From the NCBI GenBank assembly GCA_947085355.1, contig CAMTWF010000096.1, positions 1 to 49,072 of the forward strand: a DNA stretch of 49,072 bases, given 5' to 3'. Made by a program: the position numbers and the translations under genes. Positions 9,442 through 19,308 of this stretch are shown piece after piece. The stretch comes from an uncultured delta proteobacterium (lineage in GTDB: Bacteria; Myxococcota_A; Polyangia; DRWM01; JAAZOP01). Every line of letters begins with the position of its first letter. Position 1 is the first letter of the stretch. The notes under the pieces were generated by a model that searched no databases, was not told the DNA's origin, and saw only the letters and a list, made by a program, of their open reading frames with translations.

Positions 9442-11337
9442 ATGAGGTCGCTTCCGCTTTGCGTCCGTGTCGTTCGCGCGGCCGTCTGCTGCGCGCCACC
9501 GCTCGCCGCGCTCGGCATCCTGTCGGGCTGCCATGCGCTGTTCGATTTCGGGCCGACGCACCGAGAGGTCGACGCTCCGGACACCGACGCCGAGGCCGAT
9601 GTTCCCCACGTGGAAGCCGACGCGGCCGAGGCCGACGACGCGGTCGACGTCCCCGACGACGGTGCGGACGAAACCGAACCGCAATGCGGCAACGACATTG
9701 TGGAGGGCTCGGAGGCGTGCGACGGCGATCCCCCCCGATTCTGCCTGACGACATGCTCCACCAACGGCGCCCAGACGTGCGTCGATTGCATCTGGCAGCC
9801 GTGCGAGGCGGTCGAGGAGTGCAACGGCGATGACGACGACTGCGACACCGTGTGCGACGACACCTTCGCCTGCTGCCGCGGCCGGGTCGAGTCGTGCACG
9901 ACCTCCTGCGGATCGATCGGATCGCGGTCCTGCAACGACAGGTGCTCCTGGGGTTTCTGTTCCCCGCCCCGCGAGGTCTGCAACGCCGTGGACGACGACT
10001 GCGACACCGTGTGCGACAACACCTACGAATGCTGCCGCGGCGCCACGGATCGTTGCGCGACCGGGTGCGGAACGAGCGGGAGCCGGACGTGCTCCGACGC
10101 CTGCACATGGGAACCCTGCCGGCCGCCTCCGGAGATCTGCGACGGCGTGGATCAGGACTGCGACACCGTGTGCGACAACGACTTCGACTGCTGCCGGTTG
10201 AGGAGCGAGCCTTGCGCGACTTCGTGCGGCTCGATCGGATCGCGCGTCTGCTCGGTTTCCTGCGCGTGGGGATCCTGCGCCCCGCCGATCGAGGCGTGCA
10301 ACGGCCGCGACGACGACTGCGACACCGTCTGCGACAACGGCTCGCCATGCTGTGCGAACGCCGCGATCTCCTGCACCACGGCCTGCGGCACGCCGGGGAC
10401 GCAAATCTGCTCGGCGGCCTGCTCCCTCCCCGCGCAGTGCTGCGCGCCCGCCGAGATCTGCGGCAACTCGTGTGACGACAACTGCGCCGGCGGGATCGAC
10501 GAGGGGTGCTGCCCGCCGTGCGCCGGCGCGACCGACGTGTCCGCCGGCGGCAGGTTCACCGGATTCCTCCTCCCAGGCGCCGGCACGACCGGCGGCGCGT
10601 GCGGAGGTGATGGTGCAGAAGCATTCTTCACCTTCACGACGACCACCGTCCGGGACATGTTCCTGACCACGCACTCGTCCTCGTTCGACACGGTCCTCTA
10701 CGTGCGCCGCTGCGCCTGCGACGGCGTCCAGGTCGCGTGCAACGACGACGCGGACGGCCTTCCGACATCCGTCCTGTCGCTCGGCGATCTGCCCGCCGGC
10801 GTCTACCACGTCTTCGTCGACGCCAAGGACGCCGCCGGCGGCGGCAGCTTCCGGCTCGACGCCTACTTCACCGAGCCGGCCGCGGCCGGCGACCGCTGCG
10901 GCAAGCCGATCCGGGTGACCACGGCCGGCGCCACCGGCAACTCGTGCGCCTTCAGCGCCGACTACACGCCGGTCGGGACTCCGGGCTGCCCGTTCGTCGG
11001 ATCCGGAGGCGCCAAGGATCTCGTCTACTACTTCGTGCTCGCGTCCCCTGCGACCGTGCGCTTCGAGACTTGCGCATCCGACGTGTACTGCCCGATCGTC
11101 GGAAGCTGCTTCGACACCACGCTCTACCTCCGCGAGGTCTGCACGTCCGACAGGCCGCAGCCGGCGTGCAACGACGATGTCTGCGGGTACGTCACGGGGG
11201 CGGGAGATCAGATCCAAAGCGACACGGGTCCCGTGACTCTCGGCGCCGGCCTCTACTACTTCTTCCTCGACGGCTACGACGACGGCAACCCCTGGTACAC
11301 CTGCGGCGACTACGTCCTGCGGGTCACGGGTCTCTGA
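9442..11337 (+). CDS. Paralogous Cys-rich lipoprotein (E.CN..DDDCD repeats + PPC-like domains)
   Basis: 3' part of ORF 7615..11337 from ATG 9442 (GAGG RBS); lipobox LSGC-HALFDF; four CN/D..DDDCDTVCD repeats; ends CGDYVLRVTGL like the upstream paralogue. Confidence 0.82.
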   Translation: MRSLPLCVRVVRAAVCCAPPLAALGILSGCHALFDFGPTHREVDAPDTDAEADVPHVEADAAEADDAVDVPDDGADETEPQCGNDIVEGSEACDGDPPRFCLTTCSTNGAQTCVDCIWQPCEAVEECNGDDDDCDTVCDDTFACCRGRVESCTTSCGSIGSRSCNDRCSWGFCSPPREVCNAVDDDCDTVCDNTYECCRGATDRCATGCGTSGSRTCSDACTWEPCRPPPEICDGVDQDCDTVCDNDFDCCRLRSEPCATSCGSIGSRVCSVSCAWGSCAPPIEACNGRDDDCDTVCDNGSPCCANAAISCTTACGTPGTQICSAACSLPAQCCAPAEICGNSCDDNCAGGIDEGCCPPCAGATDVSAGGRFTGFLLPGAGTTGGACGGDGAEAFFTFTTTTVRDMFLTTHSSSFDTVLYVRRCACDGVQVACNDDADGLPTSVLSLGDLPAGVYHVFVDAKDAAGGGSFRLDAYFTEPAAAGDRCGKPIRVTTAGATGNSCAFSADYTPVGTPGCPFVGSGGAKDLVYYFVLASPATVRFETCASDVYCPIVGSCFDTTLYLREVCTSDRPQPACNDDVCGYVTGAGDQIQSDTGPVTLGAGLYYFFLDGYDDGNPWYTCGDYVLRVTGL

Positions 11338-11426
11338 TGCGATCCCCTGAAAGGCCGCCGGGGCGACCGGCAATACCGGACGGGCTTGTGGTGGAACCGG
11401 AGCGGGCTCCGGGAGGAGGAATGGAC

Positions 11427-12953
11427 ATGAAGCGCTGCTTTTGGTTCGCGGTTCTGACGGCTGTCGGCGTGTCGGCCGGCGCGTGCGGCAAGAAGGCCGA
11501 AGGGGGCGCGGATGCCGCCGCGGCCCCCGTCGCGGGCAAACCCGCCGAGCGGGAGACGCCGGTCGCCCCGGGGGAGACGCAGGCGGCAATCGCCGGGACG
11601 GGGGGAGCCGTGATCCCCGAATCCGACGATCCGTGGCTGTCCTACGCCGATGGCAAGGTCCACGTGACCGACGAGGACGGCACGCGGGCGCTCGCCGAGG
11701 GTGATGCGCTCCTGCCCGGCGCCGTCGTCACGGTCGACCCGGACGCACGGGCGCAGATCGACTTCCCCGACGGATCCACCGTGGATCTCGACGAGATGAG
11801 CGAGATGCTGATCCAGACGGTGGAGGTGGCCGGCGGCCTGCGGCGGATCGAACTGTCGTTGCTCTCCGGCGCCGCGCGGGTGACGGCGCCCGCGACCGAG
11901 GAGGCCGGTTCCGTCTTCATTCTGTCGACCCCGGTCGGCATTACCGAGGTTCGGGGCACCGTGTTCGCCGTCAACCTGGGCGTCGACGCGGACGTCGCCA
12001 CGGTGGTCGTCTTCGACGGCGCCGTCCGGGTGCAGGCGGGCGAGCACGTCCAGGTCGTCTCGCCTCCGCCGGCCGGGCCTATCGTCGTCGAGATGCGGCC
12101 GGCGGCGCCGATAATCTTCATCGAGCGTCCCGAGGAGCCGCTGCGGTGGAACGTCTGGACCGACCGCCAGGCCGACACGCTCATCGTCAGGCACGGCATC
12201 GACATAGCGGCGCCGGAACCGGTGCGCGTCGCCGTGCTGGACCCCGGCGCGCACCCGCTGTGGGCGGTGCAGATCGGCGTTCGCCGCGCCCGGATCGCCG
12301 CCCGCATCGCCGTGCTCGCACCGCTGGTCGACACCGGGACGCTCGCGGTCAAGCCCGCGCCGAAGGACCGGTTCGAGGCGGCGTCGGCGGCGTGGCGCGT
12401 GCGGATCGCGCCGGGCGCGCTCGTCGTGGCCGAGGTGCGGAACCGACAGGCGGAGCGGTGGGCAGCGCGCGCGGAGGACCGGCGCGAGCGGCACGTGGCG
12501 CTGCGTGCGAGGCTCGTCGAGAACCGCGCCGCGCACCGCGCGTGGCGCGAGAAGCACCCGGGGCGCGGCCGGGGTCACGCCCACGGCCACGCGGCGCCGG
12601 GCCTGCCCCGGGTCGTCCCTCCCCCGGGGGCCGTCATCACGGGGCCGTCGATCACGGTAACGCCTCCGTCGGTCGAGGTGACTGCCCCGCTCCTGAGGAT
12701 CCCGGGCATCCGCATCGGCCCGGCCCGTTCCGGCGTCCACGAGGAGCCTTCCGTGCCTCCACCGGCGATCAACAGGGGCGGCAAGCCGCGCGGCGTCGCG
12801 CCGCCCCCACCTGCGATCGTCGCCCCCCCGCGGCCGGGCGGTGCGGCGCCGCCTCCTCCCGCGGTGATCGGCCCTGCGCGGCCGGGCGGCGCGGCGCCGC
12901 CTCCTCCCGCGGTGCGCGAGCAGCGTTCCAAGGGCCGCGGCGACCAGCGCTAG
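11427..12953 (+). CDS. FecR-domain lipoprotein with Pro-rich C-terminal tail
   Basis: GGAGGA RBS; MKRCFWFAVLTAVGVSAGAC lipobox; AQIDFPDGSTVDLDEMSE and TPVGITEVRGTVF FecR-type motifs; repeated RPGGAAPPPPAV. Confidence 0.78.
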   Translation: MKRCFWFAVLTAVGVSAGACGKKAEGGADAAAAPVAGKPAERETPVAPGETQAAIAGTGGAVIPESDDPWLSYADGKVHVTDEDGTRALAEGDALLPGAVVTVDPDARAQIDFPDGSTVDLDEMSEMLIQTVEVAGGLRRIELSLLSGAARVTAPATEEAGSVFILSTPVGITEVRGTVFAVNLGVDADVATVVVFDGAVRVQAGEHVQVVSPPPAGPIVVEMRPAAPIIFIERPEEPLRWNVWTDRQADTLIVRHGIDIAAPEPVRVAVLDPGAHPLWAVQIGVRRARIAARIAVLAPLVDTGTLAVKPAPKDRFEAASAAWRVRIAPGALVVAEVRNRQAERWAARAEDRRERHVALRARLVENRAAHRAWREKHPGRGRGHAHGHAAPGLPRVVPPPGAVITGPSITVTPPSVEVTAPLLRIPGIRIGPARSGVHEEPSVPPPAINRGGKPRGVAPPPPAIVAPPRPGGAAPPPPAVIGPARPGGAAPPPPAVREQRSKGRGDQR

Positions 12954-13234
12954 TCGGCAGTCGGCAATCATCCGTCAGCAGTCAGCTTCGAGGAATTGTT
13001 CCTCCTGAATGCTGATTGCTCCCTGGCGCTGTGGGATCACGCCACACCTCGAATACGTAGCGATCATCGGGGATTGACCGGTTCCTCGTCAGGCCGCTCT
13101 CCGGCGTCGGCCCGCGCTCTGCGGGATCCTCCACCACGTTCCGCGCCGAAGCGACCGGCGCATGAGACGCGACATGTCCCGAAAACGACGTGCTGTCGCC
13201 GGAATGGCCGCTTCCCGCGATGTCGTGCGGCACT

Positions 13235-13250
13235 TGGCCCGCTGCTTGCT
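13235..13250 (+). promoter_or_regulatory. Sigma54 (-24/-12) promoter
   Basis: TGGCCC-GCTGC-TTGCT matches TGGCAC-N5-TTGC(A/T), 70 bp upstream of ATG 13321. A TGTGG-N7-CCACA palindrome at 13030-13046 is a candidate enhancer site. Confidence 0.65.
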
Positions 13251-13320
13251 CTCGCACTGTGGCGAAAGGAAAAAGCGACCCGGAGGCCGGGGCGCCGAGG
13301 TCGCGAAGGAGGCAAGAGCC

Positions 13321-15150
13321 ATGACGACGGGAACCACGGAGAAGATCGCGACCACCCGAACCGAGCCGGCCAGGCCGTGCGTCTGGTGGGGAGCGGCCGT
13401 CGTGCCGCGCCGCGTGTGCGAGACGCGGCCGGAGGACTGCGCCGGCTGCCCTGTCGAGGGCGCGCTGGCCAGGGTGGCCACCCGCAAGCAGAAGGACTTC
13501 TTCCCGCGGGATTACTTCGACCAGTGCTCGGTACACGCCTGCGCCGTGCCGGACCGGCCGTGCCCGTACGCACCGCCCTGCATGGCGACCTGGTCGCGCA
13601 CGCCCCCGGCGGCCTCGCGCATCCTGTCGATGATGGGCGTCGGCACGCTGTCGCTGGGCGTGAACAGCTCGCTGGTGCAGCAGCTCTCGCGCCGCGTGGG
13701 CCTGCACGCCGACCTGGTCGCCCGCACGGGCGAGTTGCGCGCCGCCGGCAAACTGGCGCCTCGGGGCAAGCTGGGGCCCGGCGACCTGGGCCTGCGCACC
13801 GTGGAAGAGACGCTCTCCATGGTCGCCGCCGCGGCGTTCCTCGACTGCATGGACACGCTCGACCTGCCTGCCCTTGCCGAGGCGCTTTTCGTCGGCGGGC
13901 TCGGCCGCCACGGCATTCCCGGGTCGTTCTCCGAAGACCGGACCGGCGAGGAACTCTGGGACGCCTACCGGGCGACGCTCGGCCTGGCGATCCTCGACGT
14001 CGTTCCGATGCTCGAACCGCAACTGCTCGGCCAGGCGCAGGCCGTGATCGGTTCCATCCGTCACGAGAGCCTGGCGCTCGCGCTGGCCGGCCTGATCGTG
14101 CAGAGGTGCCTGCAGCCGATCACCGAGCGTCCGGTGAGGCTGGATGCGGGTGCGGTCGAGCGCGCCGCGACGCTCGTCGGCTTCGCGGGCCATCTGCTGG
14201 GCAGGACGTACGGCGACCTGGCGGTGACGCCGGCCGAGTTGGCCGCGGCGATCGTGATCGGCCGCTCGCGCCGGATCGTCTCCGACGGGGCGGCCGCAAG
14301 CGCCGGGCGCGTCCTGACCGACAACGTCCTCGCCGCGATCCGGTCGGCCCTTCCGGACGCCGCGCGCCTCATGCCGGCGCTCGCCGGAATCACCGCCTCG
14401 GCGTGCCGGGTCGAGCCGAACGAGCGCGCCGAACTCGCGGCCGCGGTGCGCCGGTCGTACCAGGAGCGGTTCCAGCGGGCCGGCGACTTGCGGACCGATG
14501 TCGTTTCCCTGCTGGGCCACCTCGGCGCCGACAACTTGGTGCGCGAGCCCGACCGCTTCGACGAAATGATCGGAGCGGAAAAGCCGGCGGCCGCGGCGGT
14601 CGAGCGCGACGGTGCGCTGCTCGGGTGCTCGATGCCCGCCGATCTGTTCTACTTCCGCGGCCACGCGTGGATCCGTCCCGAGGCGGCCGGTACGGTGAGG
14701 ATCGGCATCGACGATCTCGTGGCGCGCCTGGCGGGCGCCGTGGACTCGATCGGCATGCCGAAGACCGGGGCGCGCGTCCGCCAGGGCAAGCCGGTCGTGC
14801 GGCTCGGCCGCGCCGGGGAGACCGTCGATGTCCTGTCGCCGATCGACGGCGAGGTAGTGGCGGTCAACCGGGCCGTGGTCGACTCCCCCGGGTCGATGAC
14901 GACCGATCCCTACGGCGCCGGTTGGCTCGTCATGGTGCGACCGGTCGCGGCGGAGTCGAACCTGCCCCAGTTGATGTTCAGCGACGCGGCGATCGCGTGG
15001 CAGAAGGGCGAGGCGACAAGGCTGGCCGGGATGTTCCAGGGGACGGCCGGACCGACGGCAGCCGACGGCGCCACGCTCGCCCACGACCCCCTCGCGCGCA
15101 TCCCGGGCGTCAGGTGGTCGCGGGTCCTGCGGGAGTTCCTCAAGCCGTAG
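13321..15150 (+). CDS. Multidomain protein with Cys-rich N-terminus and C-terminal glycine-cleavage H-protein-like domain lacking the lipoyl lysine
   Basis: LFYFRGHAWIR..VRIGIDD..VLSPIDGEVVAVN..DPYGAGWL are GcvH-fold motifs; the ESVKA lipoylation motif is replaced by RLGRAGET. ATG 13321 follows GGAGG. Confidence 0.75.
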   Translation: MTTGTTEKIATTRTEPARPCVWWGAAVVPRRVCETRPEDCAGCPVEGALARVATRKQKDFFPRDYFDQCSVHACAVPDRPCPYAPPCMATWSRTPPAASRILSMMGVGTLSLGVNSSLVQQLSRRVGLHADLVARTGELRAAGKLAPRGKLGPGDLGLRTVEETLSMVAAAAFLDCMDTLDLPALAEALFVGGLGRHGIPGSFSEDRTGEELWDAYRATLGLAILDVVPMLEPQLLGQAQAVIGSIRHESLALALAGLIVQRCLQPITERPVRLDAGAVERAATLVGFAGHLLGRTYGDLAVTPAELAAAIVIGRSRRIVSDGAAASAGRVLTDNVLAAIRSALPDAARLMPALAGITASACRVEPNERAELAAAVRRSYQERFQRAGDLRTDVVSLLGHLGADNLVREPDRFDEMIGAEKPAAAAVERDGALLGCSMPADLFYFRGHAWIRPEAAGTVRIGIDDLVARLAGAVDSIGMPKTGARVRQGKPVVRLGRAGETVDVLSPIDGEVVAVNRAVVDSPGSMTTDPYGAGWLVMVRPVAAESNLPQLMFSDAAIAWQKGEATRLAGMFQGTAGPTAADGATLAHDPLARIPGVRWSRVLREFLKP

Positions 15151-15189
15151 GCGCCGGCCCGCGCCCGTCCCCTCCCCCGCCGCCGCGCC

Positions 15190-15762
15190 TCATCTGCCGC
15201 CGTTCCGCCGGATCCCGGCTGGCCGCGCGAGGCCGTCGGCCAGGGCGATCCGGCAGTACCCGCACGGTACGAACGACTTGGCGTCCACGTGGGCCACGTC
15301 GCTCGACGCCGCCATCACGCACTTCGGATCGTCGCAGTGGACCAGGTCGAACGTGTGACCCAGTTCATGAATGCCTTCCTTGACGGCGCGCGCCAGAAGA
15401 TGCGTCTTGTCCAGGCCGGCAGGGTTGGCCCCACCGGCCCCGAGGCGGTGGATCGACACGATCGCGCACCGCCCGCCCAGCATCGCCTCGCCGAAGACGT
15501 ACCTCATGATCGACGAACACAGATCGACGTTCGTCATGCCGAGGCGGCGGATCGCCGTGGACCGGCCCCGCGCGAGGTGATCGATCAGCGCCCTGGCGCT
15601 GTATTGGCCCCGTCCCGCATCGAAGGCGGCCGCGGGCAGGGCTTCCGGCCGCCCCGTCGTGCACGGGAGCCCGAACACGGTCGGGATTTGCGCCGCCAGC
15701 GCGGCCGGCAGCGCGGGATCCAAGGGCCCCAGCGGCACGATCTCGACATAGGCCGGATCCAC
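15190..15762 (-). CDS. Archaemetzincin-family (M54) Zn metalloprotease
   Basis: KEGIHELGHTFDLVHCDDPKCVM...CGYC; RGQYSA; YVFGEA. Confidence 0.9.
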   Translation of the reverse strand: MDPAYVEIVPLGPLDPALPAALAAQIPTVFGLPCTTGRPEALPAAAFDAGRGQYSARALIDHLARGRSTAIRRLGMTNVDLCSSIMRYVFGEAMLGGRCAIVSIHRLGAGGANPAGLDKTHLLARAVKEGIHELGHTFDLVHCDDPKCVMAASSDVAHVDAKSFVPCGYCRIALADGLARPAGIRRNGGR

Positions 15763-15778
15763 GTCGGACAGCTTTCGA

Positions 15779-17125
15779 TCACTTCCCCTGCGACAGGTCG
15801 TACTTCTTGATCTTGGCGTACAGGGTTCCGCGGTCTATTCCGAGCGCCTGGGCGGTGCGGCTGATGTTCCAATCGTACTGCTTCAGCTTGGTGGCGATGT
15901 AGGCGTTCTCGTGGGCGTCGAGCGTCTCGTCTATGGGCTCGATCGACACCCTCTGCAGCGCGATCGGCAGATCCCCGGGCAGGACGCGGCGCTCCTTGCC
16001 GACGACGACGGCTCGCTCGATGGCGTTCTCCAGCTCCCGCACGTTCCCGGGCCAGTCGTGGTTCGTCAGCAGTTCCATCGCCTCCGGGGAGATCGACGCC
16101 ACCTGCTTGTTCAGCCGCACCCGGAACTTCTCCAGGAAGTGCCGGGCAAGCGCGGGGATGTCCTCCCGCCGCTCGCGCAACGACGGCACGTGGATCTGGA
16201 TCACGTTCAGCCGGTAGTAGAGATCCATCCGGAACGTCCCCTCCGCCACGGCCTTCTCCAGATCCCGGTTGGTGGCCGACAGCACGCGGAAGTCCGCCTC
16301 CACGTCCCGCACGCCGCCCACGCGGCGGAACCGGCGCTCCTGGATCACCCGCAGCAGGTCGATCTGGAGCTTGGGGCTTGCGTCGCCGATCTCGTCGAGG
16401 AAGAGCGTCCCGCTCGCGGCAAGCTCGAACAGCCCCGGCTTCGGCGCGCCCGCGCCGGTGAATGCCCCCTTCTCGTGGCCGAACAGCTCGCTCTCGATCA
16501 GCGTCTCGGTGAGCGCCCCGAAGTTGACGGCGACGAAGGGCCCCTGGGACCGGGCGCTCTTCGAGTGGATCGCCCTGGCGACGAGTTCCTTGCCCGTGCC
16601 GCTTTCTCCCGTGATGAGCACGACCGAGTCGGTGGCGGCGACGTCGTCGACGAGGTCGAAGACCTTGCGGAGCGCCGCCGAATCGCCGGCGAGCAGCCCG
16701 ATCTCCGCGAACTTGCTCTCGCGGTGCTTCAGCAGTTCGTGCTCCCGGCGCAGCCGCCGGTGCTCCAGGATGCGCTTGACGAGCATCCCGATTTCCGCCG
16801 GGTCGAAGGGCTTGACCACGTAGTCCGTCGCGCCGAGCTTCATCGCCTCCACGGCCGACTCGATCGATCCGTACGCGGTCATCATCACGTTGGGGAGGTC
16901 GGGGTCGATCTTCCGCACCTCCTCCAGGACCTCCAGGCCGTTCATGCCCGGCATCTTGATGTCCACGATCATCACGTCGAACGACTGCGTCTTGATCAGT
17001 TCCAGCGCCGCCGCCCCGCACTCGGCCACCTCGACGTGGTGTCCGTCCCGGCGGAGCCATTCTCCCAGCGACACCCGGATCGCCAGTTCGTCGTCGACCA
17101 CCAGGATTCTCGTCTTCTTCCTCAT
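15779..17125 (-). CDS. Sigma54-dependent response regulator (NtrC/AtoC family)
   Basis: Receiver ILVVDDE..DIKMP, Walker A GESGTGKE, GAFTGA, LFLDEI, WPGNVREL, Fis-type HTH. Confidence 0.95.
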   Translation of the reverse strand: MRKKTRILVVDDELAIRVSLGEWLRRDGHHVEVAECGAAALELIKTQSFDVMIVDIKMPGMNGLEVLEEVRKIDPDLPNVMMTAYGSIESAVEAMKLGATDYVVKPFDPAEIGMLVKRILEHRRLRREHELLKHRESKFAEIGLLAGDSAALRKVFDLVDDVAATDSVVLITGESGTGKELVARAIHSKSARSQGPFVAVNFGALTETLIESELFGHEKGAFTGAGAPKPGLFELAASGTLFLDEIGDASPKLQIDLLRVIQERRFRRVGGVRDVEADFRVLSATNRDLEKAVAEGTFRMDLYYRLNVIQIHVPSLRERREDIPALARHFLEKFRVRLNKQVASISPEAMELLTNHDWPGNVRELENAIERAVVVGKERRVLPGDLPIALQRVSIEPIDETLDAHENAYIATKLKQYDWNISRTAQALGIDRGTLYAKIKKYDLSQGK

Positions 17126-19119
17126 TCGGCACCTCGTTCAGCGCCCCCAGCGGCGGCTCCAGCGCCGGAATCGGTCCCGGCCGCGACTGGAAGGTACACC
17201 CTGAACACGGTCCCCCGCCCGACTTCCGACTCCACCTCGATGTCGCCGCCGTGCTCGCGGACGATTCCGTAGGCGACCGACAACCCGAGTCCCAGGCCCT
17301 TCGACTCCTTCGTCGTGAAGAACGGATCGAAGATGCGGGACAGATTCTCCGGCGAGATCCCGACGCCCGCGTCGCCTATCTCGACCACGATCATCCGCCG
17401 TTCGGCCGAGAACGACGTGGAGATGCGCAGCGTGCCGCCGTCTGGCATCGCTTCCTGTGCGTTGATCACCATGTTCATCACGACCTGCTGGATCTTCCCC
17501 ACGTCCATCCGCATCCGCGGCAGGCCGGGGTCGAGACGCCGGACAACCGCGATGTCGCCGATCGCGAGCTGGTGCTCGACAATGGCGAGCGTCCTGGAGA
17601 GCAGCTCGTTGACGTCGAACTCGGCCAGCTCCAGCTTGCTCTGGCGCGAGAAGTCCAGCAGTCTGCCGACGATGCGGGAGCACCGGACCGTCTCGCTCTG
17701 GGCCAGATCGATGTGCGACCGGAACGACCCGATCTGGGCGAAATCGATCCGCTCCTCGTCGATCACCCTCCGCAGCAGCTTGAGCAGCGTGAGGATCCCG
17801 GACAGCGGGTTGTTGATCTCGTGCACCACGCCGGCGACGAGCCGGCCGAGCGACGCCAGGCGGTCGGTCTGCATCAGCACGGTACTGGTCTTCAACTCGG
17901 CGTGCTCCTTGAGTCGACGGTCCCGCTCCCGAATCGCCGCGGTCATCGCGTTGAACGCCCGTTCGAGCCGCCCGAACTCGTCGCTCGACCGCTCCGGCAC
18001 CTCGTACTCGAAGTTCCCCGTCGACACCGCCTGCGACGCCGCGACCAGGCGCCGGATCGGGCGCTGCACGCTGCGGGAGATCGCGTAGGCGATGGCCGCC
18101 GCCAGCAGGATGCCCCCCACCGTCACCACGAGGAACGCCACCTCCGTCCGACGGCGCATCTGGAGGAACTTCCCCTCGACCACGCCGACGTAAAGCACGC
18201 CCAGCACCTTCCCGTCGAGGTCCTCGATCGGCTGGTAGGCCGCCAGGTACCACGCGCTCGCCGCGAACGCGCGCCCCACCCACGGCCTGCCGCGATCGAG
18301 GACATCGGCCCCCACCTCGGCCTGGATCCGGCTCCCGATCGCCCTGCCTCCGCGGCCGTCCGGCACGTTCGTGGCCACGCGGACATCCCCGAGAAAGATC
18401 GTCGCCGTGCCGATGCTCCGCCCCTCGTACGTCTCGTCCCCGTACAGCGTGTCCCGGATGCGGTCGACCAGGTCGTCGTGCCGGTTGAGCAGCCTGCCGC
18501 CGATGAGCATGCCGAGCGGCCTGCCGTTCGGGTCCGCGATAGGCGCCGCCGCGCCGATCGCCATCCCCGATGTCTCCACCTTCCGGGTGGTAGGCTTGGC
18601 CATCGGCGTCTCCACAAGCTCGACACGCGCACTGTCGGTCAGCGCCGCGTCCTCCAGGGCCAGTTCCTCGGCCGGCACGACGAACGTACCGGCGCTGACG
18701 GCCCCGGTCGCCGCGGCGATGCGGAAAGCGGGGTGATTCGCCAGACTGTCACCGACGGCCGCCCCCTCGCGCGACCTGGCCAGCACGGTCCCCGCCATGT
18801 CGACCACGGCGAGCATGTCGAGCGCCTCCCGCTCCCGCACTTCCCGCAGGACCCGGGCCGCTCCGATCGCATCACGTAGGCGAAGCGCCTCGCGCAGCCG
18901 GTCCTGAAGCGCCGTGAGACGCACGCGGTCCGCCACGGCGGCGACTTCCGCGTCGTAGGCGTGCCGCGCCGTGCGGATGTCCCGCCCCACCCTGGCCTGC
19001 GCCTGCCGCACGAACGGTTCGCCGATCATCCACGCGCCGACGGCGGCGCCGACGCCGCCCATGGAGACGATGACGAACAGGAAGCTGCCGATCAGCTTGG
19101 TGCGGAACGAGATCTTCAT
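17122..19119 (-). CDS. Membrane sensor histidine kinase (Cache sensor, HAMP, HisKA, HATPase)
   Basis: Two TM segments, TATIFLGDVRVATNV Cache-type motif, HAMP DEFGRL, H-box HEINNP, FDPFFTTK, GLGLGL. Start could be 19173. Confidence 0.92.
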   Translation of the reverse strand: MKISFRTKLIGSFLFVIVSMGGVGAAVGAWMIGEPFVRQAQARVGRDIRTARHAYDAEVAAVADRVRLTALQDRLREALRLRDAIGAARVLREVREREALDMLAVVDMAGTVLARSREGAAVGDSLANHPAFRIAAATGAVSAGTFVVPAEELALEDAALTDSARVELVETPMAKPTTRKVETSGMAIGAAAPIADPNGRPLGMLIGGRLLNRHDDLVDRIRDTLYGDETYEGRSIGTATIFLGDVRVATNVPDGRGGRAIGSRIQAEVGADVLDRGRPWVGRAFAASAWYLAAYQPIEDLDGKVLGVLYVGVVEGKFLQMRRRTEVAFLVVTVGGILLAAAIAYAISRSVQRPIRRLVAASQAVSTGNFEYEVPERSSDEFGRLERAFNAMTAAIRERDRRLKEHAELKTSTVLMQTDRLASLGRLVAGVVHEINNPLSGILTLLKLLRRVIDEERIDFAQIGSFRSHIDLAQSETVRCSRIVGRLLDFSRQSKLELAEFDVNELLSRTLAIVEHQLAIGDIAVVRRLDPGLPRMRMDVGKIQQVVMNMVINAQEAMPDGGTLRISTSFSAERRMIVVEIGDAGVGISPENLSRIFDPFFTTKESKGLGLGLSVAYGIVREHGGDIEVESEVGRGTVFRVYLPVAAGTDSGAGAAAGGAERGAE

Positions 19120-19308
19120 CTGGCCGCCGACCGCCGGCCGCCCCCCATCGGCGGAACGGACCGCACGCATCATCGGCTCCCGCGTAGAACGCTGTCAACG
19201 CCGTCGCGCCCCGGTTCGCGCAGGCCGGCGGTGTTGCCTTCGGACGGCCGTTGGACGACTATCCGGGACGGATGCTCGGCTGGGGGAAGGCGTCCGGAGG
19301 GTTTGGCG

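Noticed and set aside
13321-15150. Bona fide gcvH of the glycine cleavage system
   Set aside because: No lipoyl-lysine motif, long N-terminal fusion, and no gcvT/gcvP nearby.
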